A stretch of DNA of 64,000 bases from an uncultured bacterium (GCA_963695095.1 CAVOFT010000001.1:2496001-2560000); one strand, 5' to 3'; shown: positions 23,128-33,983, counted from the first letter of the stretch. Notes: generated by a model not told the origin, from the sequence alone. Made by a program: numbers and translations.

Positions 23128-24641
23128 CCGCCGCCCCCTTGGCGCCGGTCATCCACAGGCCGAGCTCGGGCTCGTCCACCGCCGCGCTGGGGAAGACGGC
23201 GACGAGGCGGCCCTTGTAGAGCACGGCGATGCGATCGCTGAGCGAGAGCAACTCGGTGAGCTCGGCGAGATGAGCAGGATGGCCAGGCCCTGCTCCCGCA
23301 GCGCCAGGAGCCGGCGGTGGATGGCCTCGATGGCCCCCACGTCCACCCCGCGCGTGGGCTGCGCGGCCACGAGCACGCGGGGACCAGCATCCAGCTCGCG
23401 GGCGAGCACCAGCTTCTGCTGGTTGCCGCCCGACAGCTCGGCCGCCGGCTGCTCGAGGGAGTCGACCCGCAGATCGTAGGTCGCGCTGCGCCGCTGGGCC
23501 AGGGCCTGGACCGCCGCGGGGCGGAGCCAGCCGGCGCGGCTCAGCGCAGGCTCGTCCTCCTGGCCGAGGATGAGGTTTTCGCGGAGGCTCATCGCGAGCA
23601 CGAGGCCGCTCTTCTGGCGGTCCTCGGGCACCAGGCGGATGCCCGCCTCGCGCGCGCGGCGCGGCGTCAGGGGCGGCAGCAGTTCCCCGTCGAGGCTGAG
23701 CGTGCCGGCGTCGGGCTGGCGCAGGCCGGTCACCAGTTCGACCAGCTCGCGCTGGCCGTTGCCCTGCACGCCGGCCAGGCCGAGGATCTCGCCGGCGTGC
23801 AGATCCAGATCGATCGCCGTCGAGCGGCGCCACGCCCGGCCGGCGCGCGAGCGCGATGCCGCGCAGGGCCGAGGCGCAGCGGGCCCGGCGCCTGCTCGCG
23901 CTTGTCCACGCGCAGGAGCACGTCGCGGCCCACCATCAGGCGGGCGAGGCCCGCGGCATCGGCCTCGCCCCGCTCCAGGCGCCCCACGTGGCGGCCGCGG
24001 CGCATGACGTCCACCGTGTCGGCCAGGGCCAGCACCTCGTCGAGCTTGTGCGTGATGAGGACGATGGTCTTGCCCTCGGCCTTGAGACGGCCGAGCAAGT
24101 CGAAGAGGAACTCCGCCTCCTGCGGACTGAGCACGCCCGTGGGTTCGTCGAGGATCAGGAACTCGGCGCCGCGGTGGAGGACCTTCAGGATCTCCAGCAT
24201 CTGCGCCTGGCCGACGGCGAGGGCCTCGGCGGGCAGATCGGGATCGAAGCTGAGGGCCAGGCGCCCGGCGCTCTCGGCCAGGGCCTGCCGCGCCGCGGCG
24301 CGGTCCAGGCGCAGGCGACTGCCGGGCTCGACCCCGAGCACGAGGTTCTCGGCCGCGCTCAGGGTGTCCACCAGCATGAAGTGCTGGTGGACCATGCCCA
24401 GACCGCGGGCGATGGCGTCCTGGCTGCTCTTCAGGCGCACGGCTTCGCCGTCGATGAGGATGCGCCCGGCGTCGGGCCGCAGCATGCCGAACAGGAGGCG
24501 CATGAGCGTGGTCTTGCCGGCCCCGTTCTCGCCCACCAGCGCGTAGAGGCGACCCGGCGCGAAGTCCAGGGAGACGTCCGTCACGGCGGCCACGGCGCCG
24601 AAGGCGCGCGAGAGCCGCTCGAGCGCGACGCGCGGGGCCAA
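23120..24641 (-). CDS. Nucleoside/sugar ABC transporter ATP-binding protein, tandem ABC domains (about 3 frameshifts)
   Basis: GENGAGKTT, VHQHFML, LILDEPT, ITHKL; second half GVQGNGQ, VPEDR, LSGGNQQK, QPTRGVDVGA, SDRIAVLY. Confidence 0.9.
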
Positions 24642-24643
24642 GC

Positions 24644-25662
24644 CTACTCCCGCGGCACGCGCAGGCGGCCGGCGATGATCTCCGCGGCGAGCGAGTCCGC
24701 CGTCGCCCGCATCGCGGGCGTCAGTAGCGCGGCGTTGTGCTCGTCCAGGCTGTAGCCGACGCCGGCCTCGGCGAGGCCGAACTCCTGGACGCCGCCGGCG
24801 AAGCTGCCCGCCTTGAGGGCGGCGATCGTGGCGAAGACCGCCCGGTCGACGCGCTTCTCCATGCTGGTCAGCAGGGTGCCCGGCGCCATGTGGTTCTGGT
24901 TGGAATCGACGCCGATCGCATAGACGCCCTTCTCGCGCGCCGCCTCGATGACGCCGTTGCCCGTGGTGCCGGCGGCGTGGAAGATGACGTCGGCGCCGCG
25001 CCCGATCTGGGACAGGGCCAGCTCCTTGCCCCTGACCGGATCGGCGAAGGCGCTCGGGGTCACGCCGGCATAGCCGACGAGCACCCGCGCATCGGGCGCA
25101 GGGCCAGGGCGCCGGCCCGGTAGCCCGCTTCGAAGCGCTTGATCAGCGACACCTCCATGCCGCCGACGAAGCCCAGGGTGCCCGACGTCGTCGCCAGCGC
25201 CGCCAGCGCGCCGACGAGGAAGCAACCCTCTTCTTCGCGGAAGAGCAGGCTGGCGACATTGGCCTGTCCTTCGACGCGGCCGTCGACGATGGCGAAGTGG
25301 GTCTCGGGGAAATCGGCCGCCACCTTGGCGATCGAATCCGCGAAGAGGAACCCGACCCCGATGATCAGGTCGAAGCCGCGCTCGGCCAGGCGGCGCAGGC
25401 CCTGCTCCCGGTCCGAGTCCTGCCCGGGTTCGAACTCCACGGCCTTGATGCCCAGTTCGGCCTCGGCTTGCTGGAGGCCGCGGTAGGCGGAGTCGTTGAA
25501 GGAGCGATCGCCCTTGCCGCCGATGTCGAAGACCATGCCCACGCGCAGGGCGCCCGGCGCCTGCTCCTCGGCCTGCTTTTCGCCGCAGGCTGTGGGGATG
25601 AGCAGGAGCAGGCAGAGGCCACCGAAGATGATGGCGCGCGGGCGCCGCAGGCGTGTCGGCAT
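24644..25662 (-). CDS. BMP family ABC substrate-binding lipoprotein (purine nucleoside-binding type); frameshift near 25095
   Basis: Lipobox PTAC, GGKGDRSFN, FREEEG.FLVG, GFVGGM, GADVIFHAAG, AIGVDSNQ, SMEKRVD. Confidence 0.9.
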
Positions 25663-25682
25663 GTCGCCTCCCGGGCTAGGGG

Positions 25683-26639
25683 CTAGAGCACGATGCGCGT
25701 GCCGCCGGCGCCGGCCAGGGCCTCGCCCAGGTTCTCCGGCGCGCAGACCAGCACTTCCTTGCCGCCGCGCGCGAGAAAGCGCGCCGCGGCTTCCATCTTG
25801 GGACCCATGCTGCCGGCGGGGAACTCGCCCGCCGCCTGGTGGCGACGCAGCGCGGCGAGATCGATCTCGCCGAGATCGCGCTGGGCAGGCGTGCGAAAGC
25901 CGACGGCCACGCGCGCCACGCCGGTGACGAAGATGAGCACGTTGGCGCCCAGCTCGCGGGCCAGCTCGGCGGCGGCGAAGTCCTTGTCGATGACGGCGTC
26001 GATGCCCTTGAGCAGTCCCTCGCGGTTGCGCCGCACGGGGATGCCCCCGCCGCCGGCGGCGATCACGACGACGCCGCTCTCCACGAGGCGGCGGATGGAA
26101 TCGATCTCCACGATGTGCTTGGGCTCGGGGCTGGCCACCACGCGCCGGATGCCGCGGCCGGCGTCCTCCTTCATCACCCAGCCCTTCTCGGCGGCCAGGG
26201 CGGCCGCCTCCTCGGGCTCGTAGAAGGGGCCGATGGGCTTGGTCGGGTCGGCGAAGGCGGGGTCGGCGGGGTCGACTTCCACCTGCGTGACCACGGTGGC
26301 CACCGGCCGCCGGTCGCCGATCAGGTGCAGCTCGTTGCGCAGGGCATTCTGGATCATGAAGCCGATGCCGCCCTGGCTGTCGGCGCCGCAGATGAACAGC
26401 GGCATGGGCGGGATCTGGGCCTTGGCCGCCTCGTTGCGCAGGACGATGTTGCCCACCACCGGCCCGTTGCCGTGGCTGAGCACGACGCGCACGCCCGAGC
26501 GGATGAGGGCGGCCACCGGCGCCATCGAGCGGCGCGTGGTGGCGAACTGCTCGTCGATGGTGCCGGAGCTGCCCACCGGCAGGACGGCGTTGCCGCCCAG
26601 CGTGATGACGAGCAGGTCTGCCTGGCTGTAGCGACCCAT
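25683..26639 (-). CDS. arcC: Carbamate kinase
   Basis: LGGNA, HGNGPVVG, DPAFADPTKPIGPFY, RRVVASP, GGGGIPV, AVIDKD, GSMGPK. Confidence 0.95.
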   Translation of the reverse strand: MGRYSQADLLVITLGGNAVLPVGSSGTIDEQFATTRRSMAPVAALIRSGVRVVLSHGNGPVVGNIVLRNEAAKAQIPPMPLFICGADSQGGIGFMIQNALRNELHLIGDRRPVATVVTQVEVDPADPAFADPTKPIGPFYEPEEAAALAAEKGWVMKEDAGRGIRRVVASPEPKHIVEIDSIRRLVESGVVVIAAGGGGIPVRRNREGLLKGIDAVIDKDFAAAELARELGANVLIFVTGVARVAVGFRTPAQRDLGEIDLAALRRHQAAGEFPAGSMGPKMEAAARFLARGGKEVLVCAPENLGEALAGAGGTRIVL

Positions 26640-26649
26640 GCCTCCCGAC

Positions 26650-27865
26650 CTAGAGGATCCGCTCGAGGGTGGCGCGCATCTTCTCCAGGGCCAGGCGGAT
26701 GTTCTCCACCGAGTTGGCGTAGGACAGGCGGATGTAGCCCTCGCCGTAGGCGCCGAAGGCCGTGCCCGAGAGCGCGGCCACGCCGCCCTCCTCGAGCAGG
26801 GCGTCCGCCAGCGGCTTGGACTTCCAGCCCGTCTCCTTGATGTTCGGGAACACGTAGAAGGCGCCCTTGGGGCTGAGACAGCTGAAGCCCGGCAGCTGGT
26901 TGAGCCCGGCCACGATGACGTCGCGGCGCTCCTTGAAGGCGGCCACCATCTTCGTCACCTCGTCCTGCGGCCCGGTGAGGGCGGCCGCTCCCGCCTTCTG
27001 CGTGAAGGCCGCCGTGCAGCTGGCGCTGTTGGTGATCGAGCTTGGCCACGCGCTCGGCCAGGTGCGCCGGGAAGACGCCGTAGCCCAGGCGCCAGCCGGT
27101 CATCGCGTAGGTCTTGGAGTGGCCGTCCAGCAGCACCGTGCGCTCGGCCATGCCCGGCAGCGGGTAGAGGCTCTGGTGCTCGCCTTCGTAGATGATGCGG
27201 CTGTAGATCTCGTCGGCGAGGACGAGCAGGTCGTTCTCGCGGGCGATCGCCGCGATCTCCGCCAGCTCCGCTGCGCTGAGCACGCCGCCGGTCGGATTCT
27301 GCGGCGAGTTCAGGATGAGCATGCGCGTGGCGGGCGTGATCGAGTCCTTGATCCGCTGGATGTCCATGCCGAAGCCCGTGGACTCGAGCAGCGGGATGGG
27401 CACGGCCTTGGCGCCCACGAAGTTGATCATCGACTCGTAGATGGGAAAGCCCGGGTTGGGGTAGAGCACCTCGTCGCCCGGCTCCACGCAGGCCAGGATG
27501 GTGTAGAACATGATCGGCTTGGCGCCCGGGCGTGATGACGATCTGGCCCGCGTCCACCTTCACGCCGCGCGTGCGCGTGATGTAGTCGGCGATAGACCTC
27601 GCGCACCGCGGGCAGGCCGGCCGAGGGCACGTAGTGCGTGTCGCCGCCCCTGAGCGCCGCGACCGCAGCGTCGACGATGTAGCTCGGCGTCGTCGAAGTC
27701 CGGCTCGCCGATCTCGAGATGGACGATCTCCCGGCCCTGGGCCTCGAGGGCCTTGGCCTTGGCCAGCACCTCGAAGGCGGTTTCGGTGCCGAGACGGGAC
27801 ATGCTGCTGGCGTAGAAGCGGCCGCGGCGGCCGCTGCCCGGAAGAGCCTTTTCGATGGACTGCAT
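26650..27865 (-). CDS. PLP-dependent aminotransferase class I/II (AspC-like; about 4 frameshifts)
   Basis: TETAFEVLAKA..LEIGEPDF, NSPQNPTG, DEIYS, DGHSKTYAMTGWRLG, GAFYVFPN, YIRLSYA across frames. Confidence 0.88.
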
Positions 27866-27949
27866 GGCGAACCTCGACGGGCTGGATGTGAGCCGCGTCC
27901 ACCGCGGCGCGCCGGCCTCGCCGCCGGCTGAGGGCAGGACAAGAGCTTC

Positions 27950-27978
27950 AAAGTACATGCGCTGCCGGAGACTGTCAA
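27950..27978 (-). promoter_or_regulatory. Putative sigma-70 promoter of the aminotransferase-arcC-ABC-pur unit
   Basis: TTGACA, 17 nt, TACTTT. Confidence 0.55.
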
Positions 27979-27992
27979 TCCGGAGCGGCAAG

Positions 27993-28937
27993 TCAGGATC
28001 GCGGCGGCTCGGGCTCCCCGGCGCCGCCCTGCCCGGCGGCGAGCGCGGCGCGCAGGTGGCCACCAACTGCTGCCAGCCGCGCCTCCGCCGCCGTGCGCGA
28101 ACAGGCGCCGAGCTGCATCAGGAGGGCGGTCTTCACGCTGCCGCCGGCGGCCTCGAGCAGGGCGGCGGCGGCCGCGTAGTCCAGGCCCGCCAGCTCCATC
28201 AGCAGCCCGCGGCCGCGCTCGACCAGCTTGGCGCTGGTCGCCGTGAGGTCCACCATCCGGTTGCCGTAGATCTTGCCGGCCAGCACCCAGGCCGCGGTGC
28301 TGATCATGTTCAGCACCAGCTTTTGCGCCGTGCCCGCCTTCAGCCGCGTCGAACCGGCGAGGGCCTCGGGGCCCACGACGAGACGGATGGCCAGCTCGCC
28401 CGGCACGGCGACCGCGGGATTGGCGGTGATGAAGGCCGTGCGGCAGCCGCGGCGTAGCGCCTCCTCGACGGCGGCCACCGTGTAGGGCGTGCGGTGGCTG
28501 GCGCTGATGCCCACGACCGTGTCGGCCGGCCCCGGCGCGAGCGCCGCCAGATCCGCGGCGCCGGCGGCGGCATCGTCCTCCACGCCCTCGGCGCTGCGCG
28601 CGAGGCTGGGCGCGCCGCCGGCGATGATGCCGACCACCTGCCAGGGCGCGGAGCCGAAGCTGGGCGGGCATTCGGCGGCGTCGAGCACGCCCAGACGGCC
28701 GCTGGTGCCGGCGCCGACGTAGAGGAGGCGCCCGCCGGCGGCAAAGCTGGCCGCGGCCATCTCGGCCACCTGGGCCACGGCCGGCAGGACCGCGGCCACC
28801 GCGGCGGCGACCTGGGCATCTTCGGCGTTCATGGCGCGGACGATGCCCAGGGCATCCCTGCTGTCCAGATCGGCCGTCACGGGATTCGCCTGCTCGGTGA
28901 CGAGCCGGCGCAAGCTCTCCAGGAGTTCCTCGCCCAT
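27993..28937 (-). CDS. murQ: N-acetylmuramic acid 6-phosphate etherase
   Basis: TEQANP..DLD, GAGTSGRLGVLDAAECPPSFG, EGVED, VGPEALAGSTRLKAGTAQKLVLNMIST, GNRMVD; TGATG overlap with the upstream gene. Confidence 0.95.
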   Translation of the reverse strand: MGEELLESLRRLVTEQANPVTADLDSRDALGIVRAMNAEDAQVAAAVAAVLPAVAQVAEMAAASFAAGGRLLYVGAGTSGRLGVLDAAECPPSFGSAPWQVVGIIAGGAPSLARSAEGVEDDAAAGAADLAALAPGPADTVVGISASHRTPYTVAAVEEALRRGCRTAFITANPAVAVPGELAIRLVVGPEALAGSTRLKAGTAQKLVLNMISTAAWVLAGKIYGNRMVDLTATSAKLVERGRGLLMELAGLDYAAAAALLEAAGGSVKTALLMQLGACSRTAAEARLAAVGGHLRAALAAGQGGAGEPEPPRS

Positions 28938-31900
28938 CAGCGCATCCTCACGACCTTGTCCTCCCAGACGAGCTCGTCGCCGGCCAGATCGGTGAAGACC
29001 AGGCGCAGCAGGTAGACGCCATTGGCGACGAGGTCGCCCCGATCGTCGCGACCGTCCCAGCTCAGCCAGCGCGTCTCGCCTTCGCTCTGATCGCCCAGGC
29101 GCTGATGGTGGATGCGCCGTCCGCTGAGCGTGTAGATCGACAGGCTGCCCTCGCGCACGGCGCCCGTCAGGCTGTAGCGGAAGGTCGTGGCGACGCGGAA
29201 GGGATTGGGGAAGATGAGTCCCTGGAGCAGGCGGGCGCGGCCGTCCACCACCAGGCGGATGGCGTCGTAGTACTCGCCCTCGTAGCGCAACTCGAGGCTG
29301 TGTTCGCCGGCGCCCCAGGCGTAGTCGGCGTCCATGTGGAAGACGGTGGTGTCGGGGTTGTCCCCGGCGAAGACCGCGCCGACATCGGCGCGCAGGGCGC
29401 CGTCCTCCCAGAGCGCGAAGCCCTCGGGCTGGAAGGTCGGCGAGGGCACCCGAATGCGCAGGCGCAGGCGGCCGGTGCCGCGCACCCACTGGCCGTCACG
29501 CAGGCTGTCGCCGCTGGCGCTGAAGACGTCCACCCGCTTGGCCGCCAGCAGGGTGAGGCGGCCTTCGCGACCGGCCTGGTCCTGCGCCGTGAGGGCCAGG
29601 TAGTCGCGCTGGGGCGAATAGCCCGCCTTGGCCGTGAGCAGCCAGCCGCGCGTCCCCTGTCCCGCGGCGGCGAGCGTGCTGTCCAGCGGCACGGCCAGCG
29701 CGCTGAAGGTGGTGTCCGTCTCGGCGAGCAGGCTGTCCAGCAGGGCGGAGTCGGCGTGGATGGGCAGCCAGGCCGCCACGAGCTCGGCAGCGAGGGGGCC
29801 GAACTGGTCGGCGAGCCGTGGGGGCGTCTGGCGCGTCTCGTCGATGACGAGCGCCGTCAGGGCCAGCGTATCCCCCGGCACCTGAGTGGGGATGAAGTCG
29901 CCGTCCGCGAGCTCCCGGCGCCCCGCGAAGAGGCGCAGGCGCGGCGGCGAGCGATCGATGCGGGTCAGCGGGTCGCCGAGCAGGTTGTAGCGATAGCTCG
30001 AGATGTACTGGCCGTAGCGCAGCTCGCTGGCGAGCTGCAAGGTGCCCAGCCGCCAGTCGGCGGCGGCGCCCGGCGCCGGGGCGGTGGAGAAGAGGAGCCG
30101 GATCAGCTGCCGCTCCAGCTCGATGTTGGGGAAGAGGTACTCGTAGCCCTCGCTCGCGTAGCTGGCCACGGCGCCCCTGCCGCCCGGCAGGAAGAGCAGC
30201 TTCTCACCCATGCAGTCGCCTGCGGCCACGCTGCCCTCGTTGTGCGTGGCGAAGGTGTTGCCATGGCAGCCGAAGAGCGCCCAGACGAAGGGCTTGCCCG
30301 CGTTGTTCAGCCGCAAGTGGTCGTCGGCCCCGAAGTTGGTCTTGAAGTACTCCTCGTGACCGAGCTGATTGCGGTTGGCGTGGCTCTGCACGCTGATGAA
30401 TCCCCAGCCCCGGCTGAGCGAGTCGGTGAACACCGCCGAGAGGATGGGGCGAAGGTTGCTCTGCACGTAGGCGAGCTGCGCGTCCGGGTGCTCGGCGAAC
30501 CAGGGATCCGTGAGCGCCGACAGGTAGAGGGGCCGGGGGCGGAAGTCGCGGGTCAGGTTCTCGGTCTCGACATAGGCCCGCAGCTCCTCCTGGCCGATCT
30601 CGAACTGCAGTTCGTGCTGCTTGCACACGAAGGGCGCGTAGTAGTCTTCCCAGACCCAGCAATCGTCGGCGGCGTGGAGGAAGTCCCCCCGCCAGTCGCC
30701 GCTGCAAGCGCCCGGTCCGCTGTAGGTTTCGTAGCATTCGATCTTGTCGAGCAGGGTCGTCAGCTCGGTGCTGCTGCCCACGGGCAGGCGCCCCACGAGG
30801 AGGGCCGGCCAGGCGTTCGCGCTGAACTTGGCCACCCACTCCTCGATGGCGACCAGCTCGTAGGAGCCGAGCACGTCCTCCTGGCGCAGGGTGACGGGAA
30901 TGAAGTTCGGCATGGCGAAGCTGTTGACCGTGCGCGCGTCCTTGTTGCCATCCCCGACGAGCAGCAAGGCCGCCGTCCCCCACTGCTGGTAGGCGAAGCG
31001 CGCGGCGCTCCGCAGGGGCAGGTTGCCGCGGACGCCGCCGCCGAAGGCGTCCCAGACCGTTTCGCTGCCGAGGAGCCGCACGCGATAGCCCTGCGTCTCG
31101 CGCCAGTCCGCCCAGCGCTGCATGCCGGCCAGGAAGTCCTCGTGGCAGATGGCCAGGACGTCGCAGGGGCCGGTCTCATCGAGCAGGGCGAGCGGGGCCG
31201 CGGCCGCCAGCGCCGGCGCGCGCAGCACGCTCTCGTCGGCCAGGAGCCAGCGCTCGTCGCCGGCGAGCTCGTCGCGGAGGGCAAGCTGATAGTCGCCGGC
31301 ATTGCCGCTCTGATTCGCGGCCGCGAGGAGCAAGCGCACCGGCGGCGTCCCGGCGGGGCCCAGGCGCAAGAGCTGCCAGCCCGGCCAGGGGCCGGACAGG
31401 CCGCTCACCCTGAGCTCGGCCGCTCCGCTCAGACCCTCGGCGTCGAAGGCCAGCGAGTCCTGGCTGGCGACGTAGCGCGAGCGATAGCTAAGCTCCCAAT
31501 CCTGCATCACGGCCGTCCACACCGTATTGCGCCGCACGCGCAGGCTGTTGTCCCCGTCGGCGAGAGCGCCGGCAGGCACGGTGGCGCTGTAGTCGATGGC
31601 CTGCGCGAGGCTGAAGATGCACTGGGGCAGGGCAGTGCTGCCGCCGCCGTTGACGATCTCCACGTCGAAGACCCGCGCCGTGGTCGTGTTGTGCGTGCCC
31701 TGGAAGTGCAGCTTCAGCGTGGCCTCGCTGCCCGCCAGGATGCCGGGGCTGGCCAGGGGCAGGGTCAGCGTGAAGTTCTGGGCATGGGCCGGTTGCGCGA
31801 AGTAGTAGAGGTTCTCCCGCCAGGTCTCGCTGGCGCCGTCGTAGAGCAGGGAGGGCGGATTCGCTAGGAAGAAGCTCTCGCCCCAGGCGGCGCGGCGGCG

Positions 31901-33049
31901 CAGGAAGTCCGACGGCAGCGACCAGCCCCCGCCCTCGCTCCAGGCGACCTCGCTGGCCATCTCGCTGACGAGAGCCGGCGCGCGGCCGGCGAAGTAGGCC
32001 GCCGCGCGGCCGTAGGCCTCGAGGGCGTCGGGGCTGTCCTCGGCGTGGCGCAGGCGGCTGCCGATGAAGACGAGGGTGTCGTCGGCATCGAGCAAGGCAT
32101 CGCCGTCGCGGTCGAGGAAGTAGCGGGGCTCGGGAATCTGCGTGAACTCGGGCTCGCCGGCCGGACTCCAGGCGAAGCGCTGGCGCCAGATGGCGATCTC
32201 GGCCAGCGGCGTGCCCAGGCCGATGTCCCAGGCCGCGAGCGCGGCGCCGCTCACGCCGTGAAGACCATCGGTGGTGGTGAGCAGCTTCAGGCTCGGCTGC
32301 GCACTGCCTGCGCGCGGCCCGCGGGGCGATGCGGCGGGCAGGCGGCGCGCCCAGCCGCCGGCCGCCTCGGCATTGAGCAAGGCGCTCGCATAGACGGGCG
32401 CGAAGAGCGGATCCGGCGTTCGCAGGGCCTCGCCGGCTGCGGCGCGTTCGGCCTCCCCGACACCCGGCCGAAAGCTGAGCGTGACGCGCAAGGCGCTGGC
32501 CAGGCGCAAGCCGCGCGCGGGATCCCAGCCCACCGGCTCGACGATGAGCTCCTGCACCCAGAGATCGCGGAGCTGGCGCCGGGCGCCGAGGCGAACCCCC
32601 AGCGGATAGCTCTCGCCAAAGGCGGCCGGATCGCGCAGGAGCTGCTCCAGGGGCGGCGCGCCGTCGGCGGGGCCCGCAGTCAGGGTCGGGAAGGGCAGCG
32701 GCTCGCCGGCCAGGGCCTCGCTCCCCAGGAGCTGCCAGCTGAGCCGCGCCACGCTACCCGGCGGCAGGGCCACCTGACCGCGCCAGCGCGGGAGCAGGGG
32801 CGCCCCCGAGGCGCTCGGTGTCTCGGCGATGGCGCTCTCGAGGCCGCAGCCGGGCAAGGCGAGCAGGAGCCCCTCATCGGTGGCCCGGATTTCATCCGCC
32901 GTGAAGCGGAACTCCAGGCTGAGGCCGGCGGCATCGCTGGCCAGCAGCCGGCTCGCCGGCGGCAGGCCGCCTTGAGCGCCGGCGACAGCGGGCAGGACCA
33001 GCGCCAGGCCGGCCGCGGCGCAGGCAATGAGCAGTGTGCGAAGCTGCAC
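28937..33049 (-). CDS. Large secreted C25 family (gingipain/PorU-like) cysteine peptidase with C-terminal FlgD-Ig/T9SS-like domain
   Basis: Signal peptide after GTG 33049 (GGAGG RBS); propeptide-like GAPLLP; C25 hallmarks LLLVGDG, VGRLPV, SHAN (His), FGC (Cys), YNLLGDP; tail FPNPF..TTFRYSL..IYTLSGR..WDGRDDRGDLVANGVYL. Confidence 0.85.
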   Translation of the reverse strand: MQLRTLLIACAAAGLALVLPAVAGAQGGLPPASRLLASDAAGLSLEFRFTADEIRATDEGLLLALPGCGLESAIAETPSASGAPLLPRWRGQVALPPGSVARLSWQLLGSEALAGEPLPFPTLTAGPADGAPPLEQLLRDPAAFGESYPLGVRLGARRQLRDLWVQELIVEPVGWDPARGLRLASALRVTLSFRPGVGEAERAAAGEALRTPDPLFAPVYASALLNAEAAGGWARRLPAASPRGPRAGSAQPSLKLLTTTDGLHGVSGAALAAWDIGLGTPLAEIAIWRQRFAWSPAGEPEFTQIPEPRYFLDRDGDALLDADDTLVFIGSRLRHAEDSPDALEAYGRAAAYFAGRAPALVSEMASEVAWSEGGGWSLPSDFLRRRAAWGESFFLANPPSLLYDGASETWRENLYYFAQPAHAQNFTLTLPLASPGILAGSEATLKLHFQGTHNTTTARVFDVEIVNGGGSTALPQCIFSLAQAIDYSATVPAGALADGDNSLRVRRNTVWTAVMQDWELSYRSRYVASQDSLAFDAEGLSGAAELRVSGLSGPWPGWQLLRLGPAGTPPVRLLLAAANQSGNAGDYQLALRDELAGDERWLLADESVLRAPALAAAAPLALLDETGPCDVLAICHEDFLAGMQRWADWRETQGYRVRLLGSETVWDAFGGGVRGNLPLRSAARFAYQQWGTAALLLVGDGNKDARTVNSFAMPNFIPVTLRQEDVLGSYELVAIEEWVAKFSANAWPALLVGRLPVGSSTELTTLLDKIECYETYSGPGACSGDWRGDFLHAADDCWVWEDYYAPFVCKQHELQFEIGQEELRAYVETENLTRDFRPRPLYLSALTDPWFAEHPDAQLAYVQSNLRPILSAVFTDSLSRGWGFISVQSHANRNQLGHEEYFKTNFGADDHLRLNNAGKPFVWALFGCHGNTFATHNEGSVAAGDCMGEKLLFLPGGRGAVASYASEGYEYLFPNIELERQLIRLLFSTAPAPGAAADWRLGTLQLASELRYGQYISSYRYNLLGDPLTRIDRSPPRLRLFAGRRELADGDFIPTQVPGDTLALTALVIDETRQTPPRLADQFGPLAAELVAAWLPIHADSALLDSLLAETDTTFSALAVPLDSTLAAAGQGTRGWLLTAKAGYSPQRDYLALTAQDQAGREGRLTLLAAKRVDVFSASGDSLRDGQWVRGTGRLRLRIRVPSPTFQPEGFALWEDGALRADVGAVFAGDNPDTTVFHMDADYAWGAGEHSLELRYEGEYYDAIRLVVDGRARLLQGLIFPNPFRVATTFRYSLTGAVREGSLSIYTLSGRRIHHQRLGDQSEGETRWLSWDGRDDRGDLVANGVYLLRLVFTDLAGDELVWEDKVVRMR

Positions 33050-33255
33050 GGATCCCTCCGGTCGGGGTGCGGCTGAAGGATCGCATCCAGCAGGGATGGC
33101 AGGCCGTGGGCGCCCAGGGATGCCGAAAGCTAGCATCGCGGCCGGGCGCTGTCCAGGCGCGGCGGTCGCCTGGAGAGAAGAAACGGCCCTCCCCGGCCCG
33201 CAGCAGCGGGGCAGGGAAGGCCATTGAGGTGATCCCGCAGTCGTCAGGAACGAAG

Positions 33256-33825
33256 CTAGTACAGGGCCTTGATCGAACCCCAGTTGCTCGCTTCGACACT
33301 CGTCTCGCAGGGACAATCGCCCGTGCAGTTGAAGGTGAAGTTCCAGCCATCGACGATATGCTCATCGAAAGTCGTCGCATCGACGATGATCACACCCAGG
33401 AGATTCGGCGGGTCGCCCTTGGCGATCGTCATCGTGTAGTCGCTACCTACCCAGGCGCCCAGAGGCAAGAACTCCACGTAGCCGAGCTGGAACACGCCGC
33501 TCGCCAGGTAGGGAGTCCAGGCGAGAGCCAGGTCGACCGTGATGTCGCCGATGGCCAGGGTGGTGGTCCAGTGCGGGGTGATGATGCCTCCTGCGGCCGG
33601 CCAGTTCGTCACCTTGAATTCCACGGCACTCACGCCGAGAATCTCCGCAGGATCCGCATAGCCCACGAAGTAGACGCTCACCGACACGTAGGGCGTGCTC
33701 ATGTCCGCGACGCAGTCGGTCATCGCCTGATCGTTGAACATGCCGATGTAGCTGGAAGCCTGGGCGGACGTGCCCGCGGCAACGAGCGCCAGAAGTGCAA
33801 GTAAGATGCGCATTTTCTTCATCAT
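33256..33825 (-). CDS. Secreted ~190-aa beta-rich protein, paralog 3, C-terminal WGSIKALY
   Basis: Sec signal ending AQA; motifs shared with the neighbours (IGxF, AxEF, TPxWxTTLxIG, LALAF/W, FNC..CxC); AGGAGG RBS. Confidence 0.85.
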   Translation of the reverse strand: MMKKMRILLALLALVAAGTSAQASSYIGMFNDQAMTDCVADMSTPYVSVSVYFVGYADPAEILGVSAVEFKVTNWPAAGGIITPHWTTTLAIGDITVDLALAWTPYLASGVFQLGYVEFLPLGAWVGSDYTMTIAKGDPPNLLGVIIVDATTFDEHIVDGWNFTFNCTGDCPCETSVEASNWGSIKALY

Positions 33826-33889
33826 GACCCTCCTGCGGGTACCTCGGATAGATGGACAGTCATCACCGGAGTGCGGCCTTAGCGCGGGT

Positions 33890-33919
33890 AAACTAACACC
33901 CGGTTTTTCTGAGTGTCAA
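33890..33919 (-). promoter_or_regulatory. Putative sigma-70 promoter for 33256..33825
   Basis: TTGACA, 18 nt, TAGTTT with TGn extension. Confidence 0.55.
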
Positions 33920-33983
33920 CAGAAAGGGGAGCGCGGCCTCGCGGAAATCGGCGGCCGCGCAGCGGTAAGCCGCCGCAAATGAA

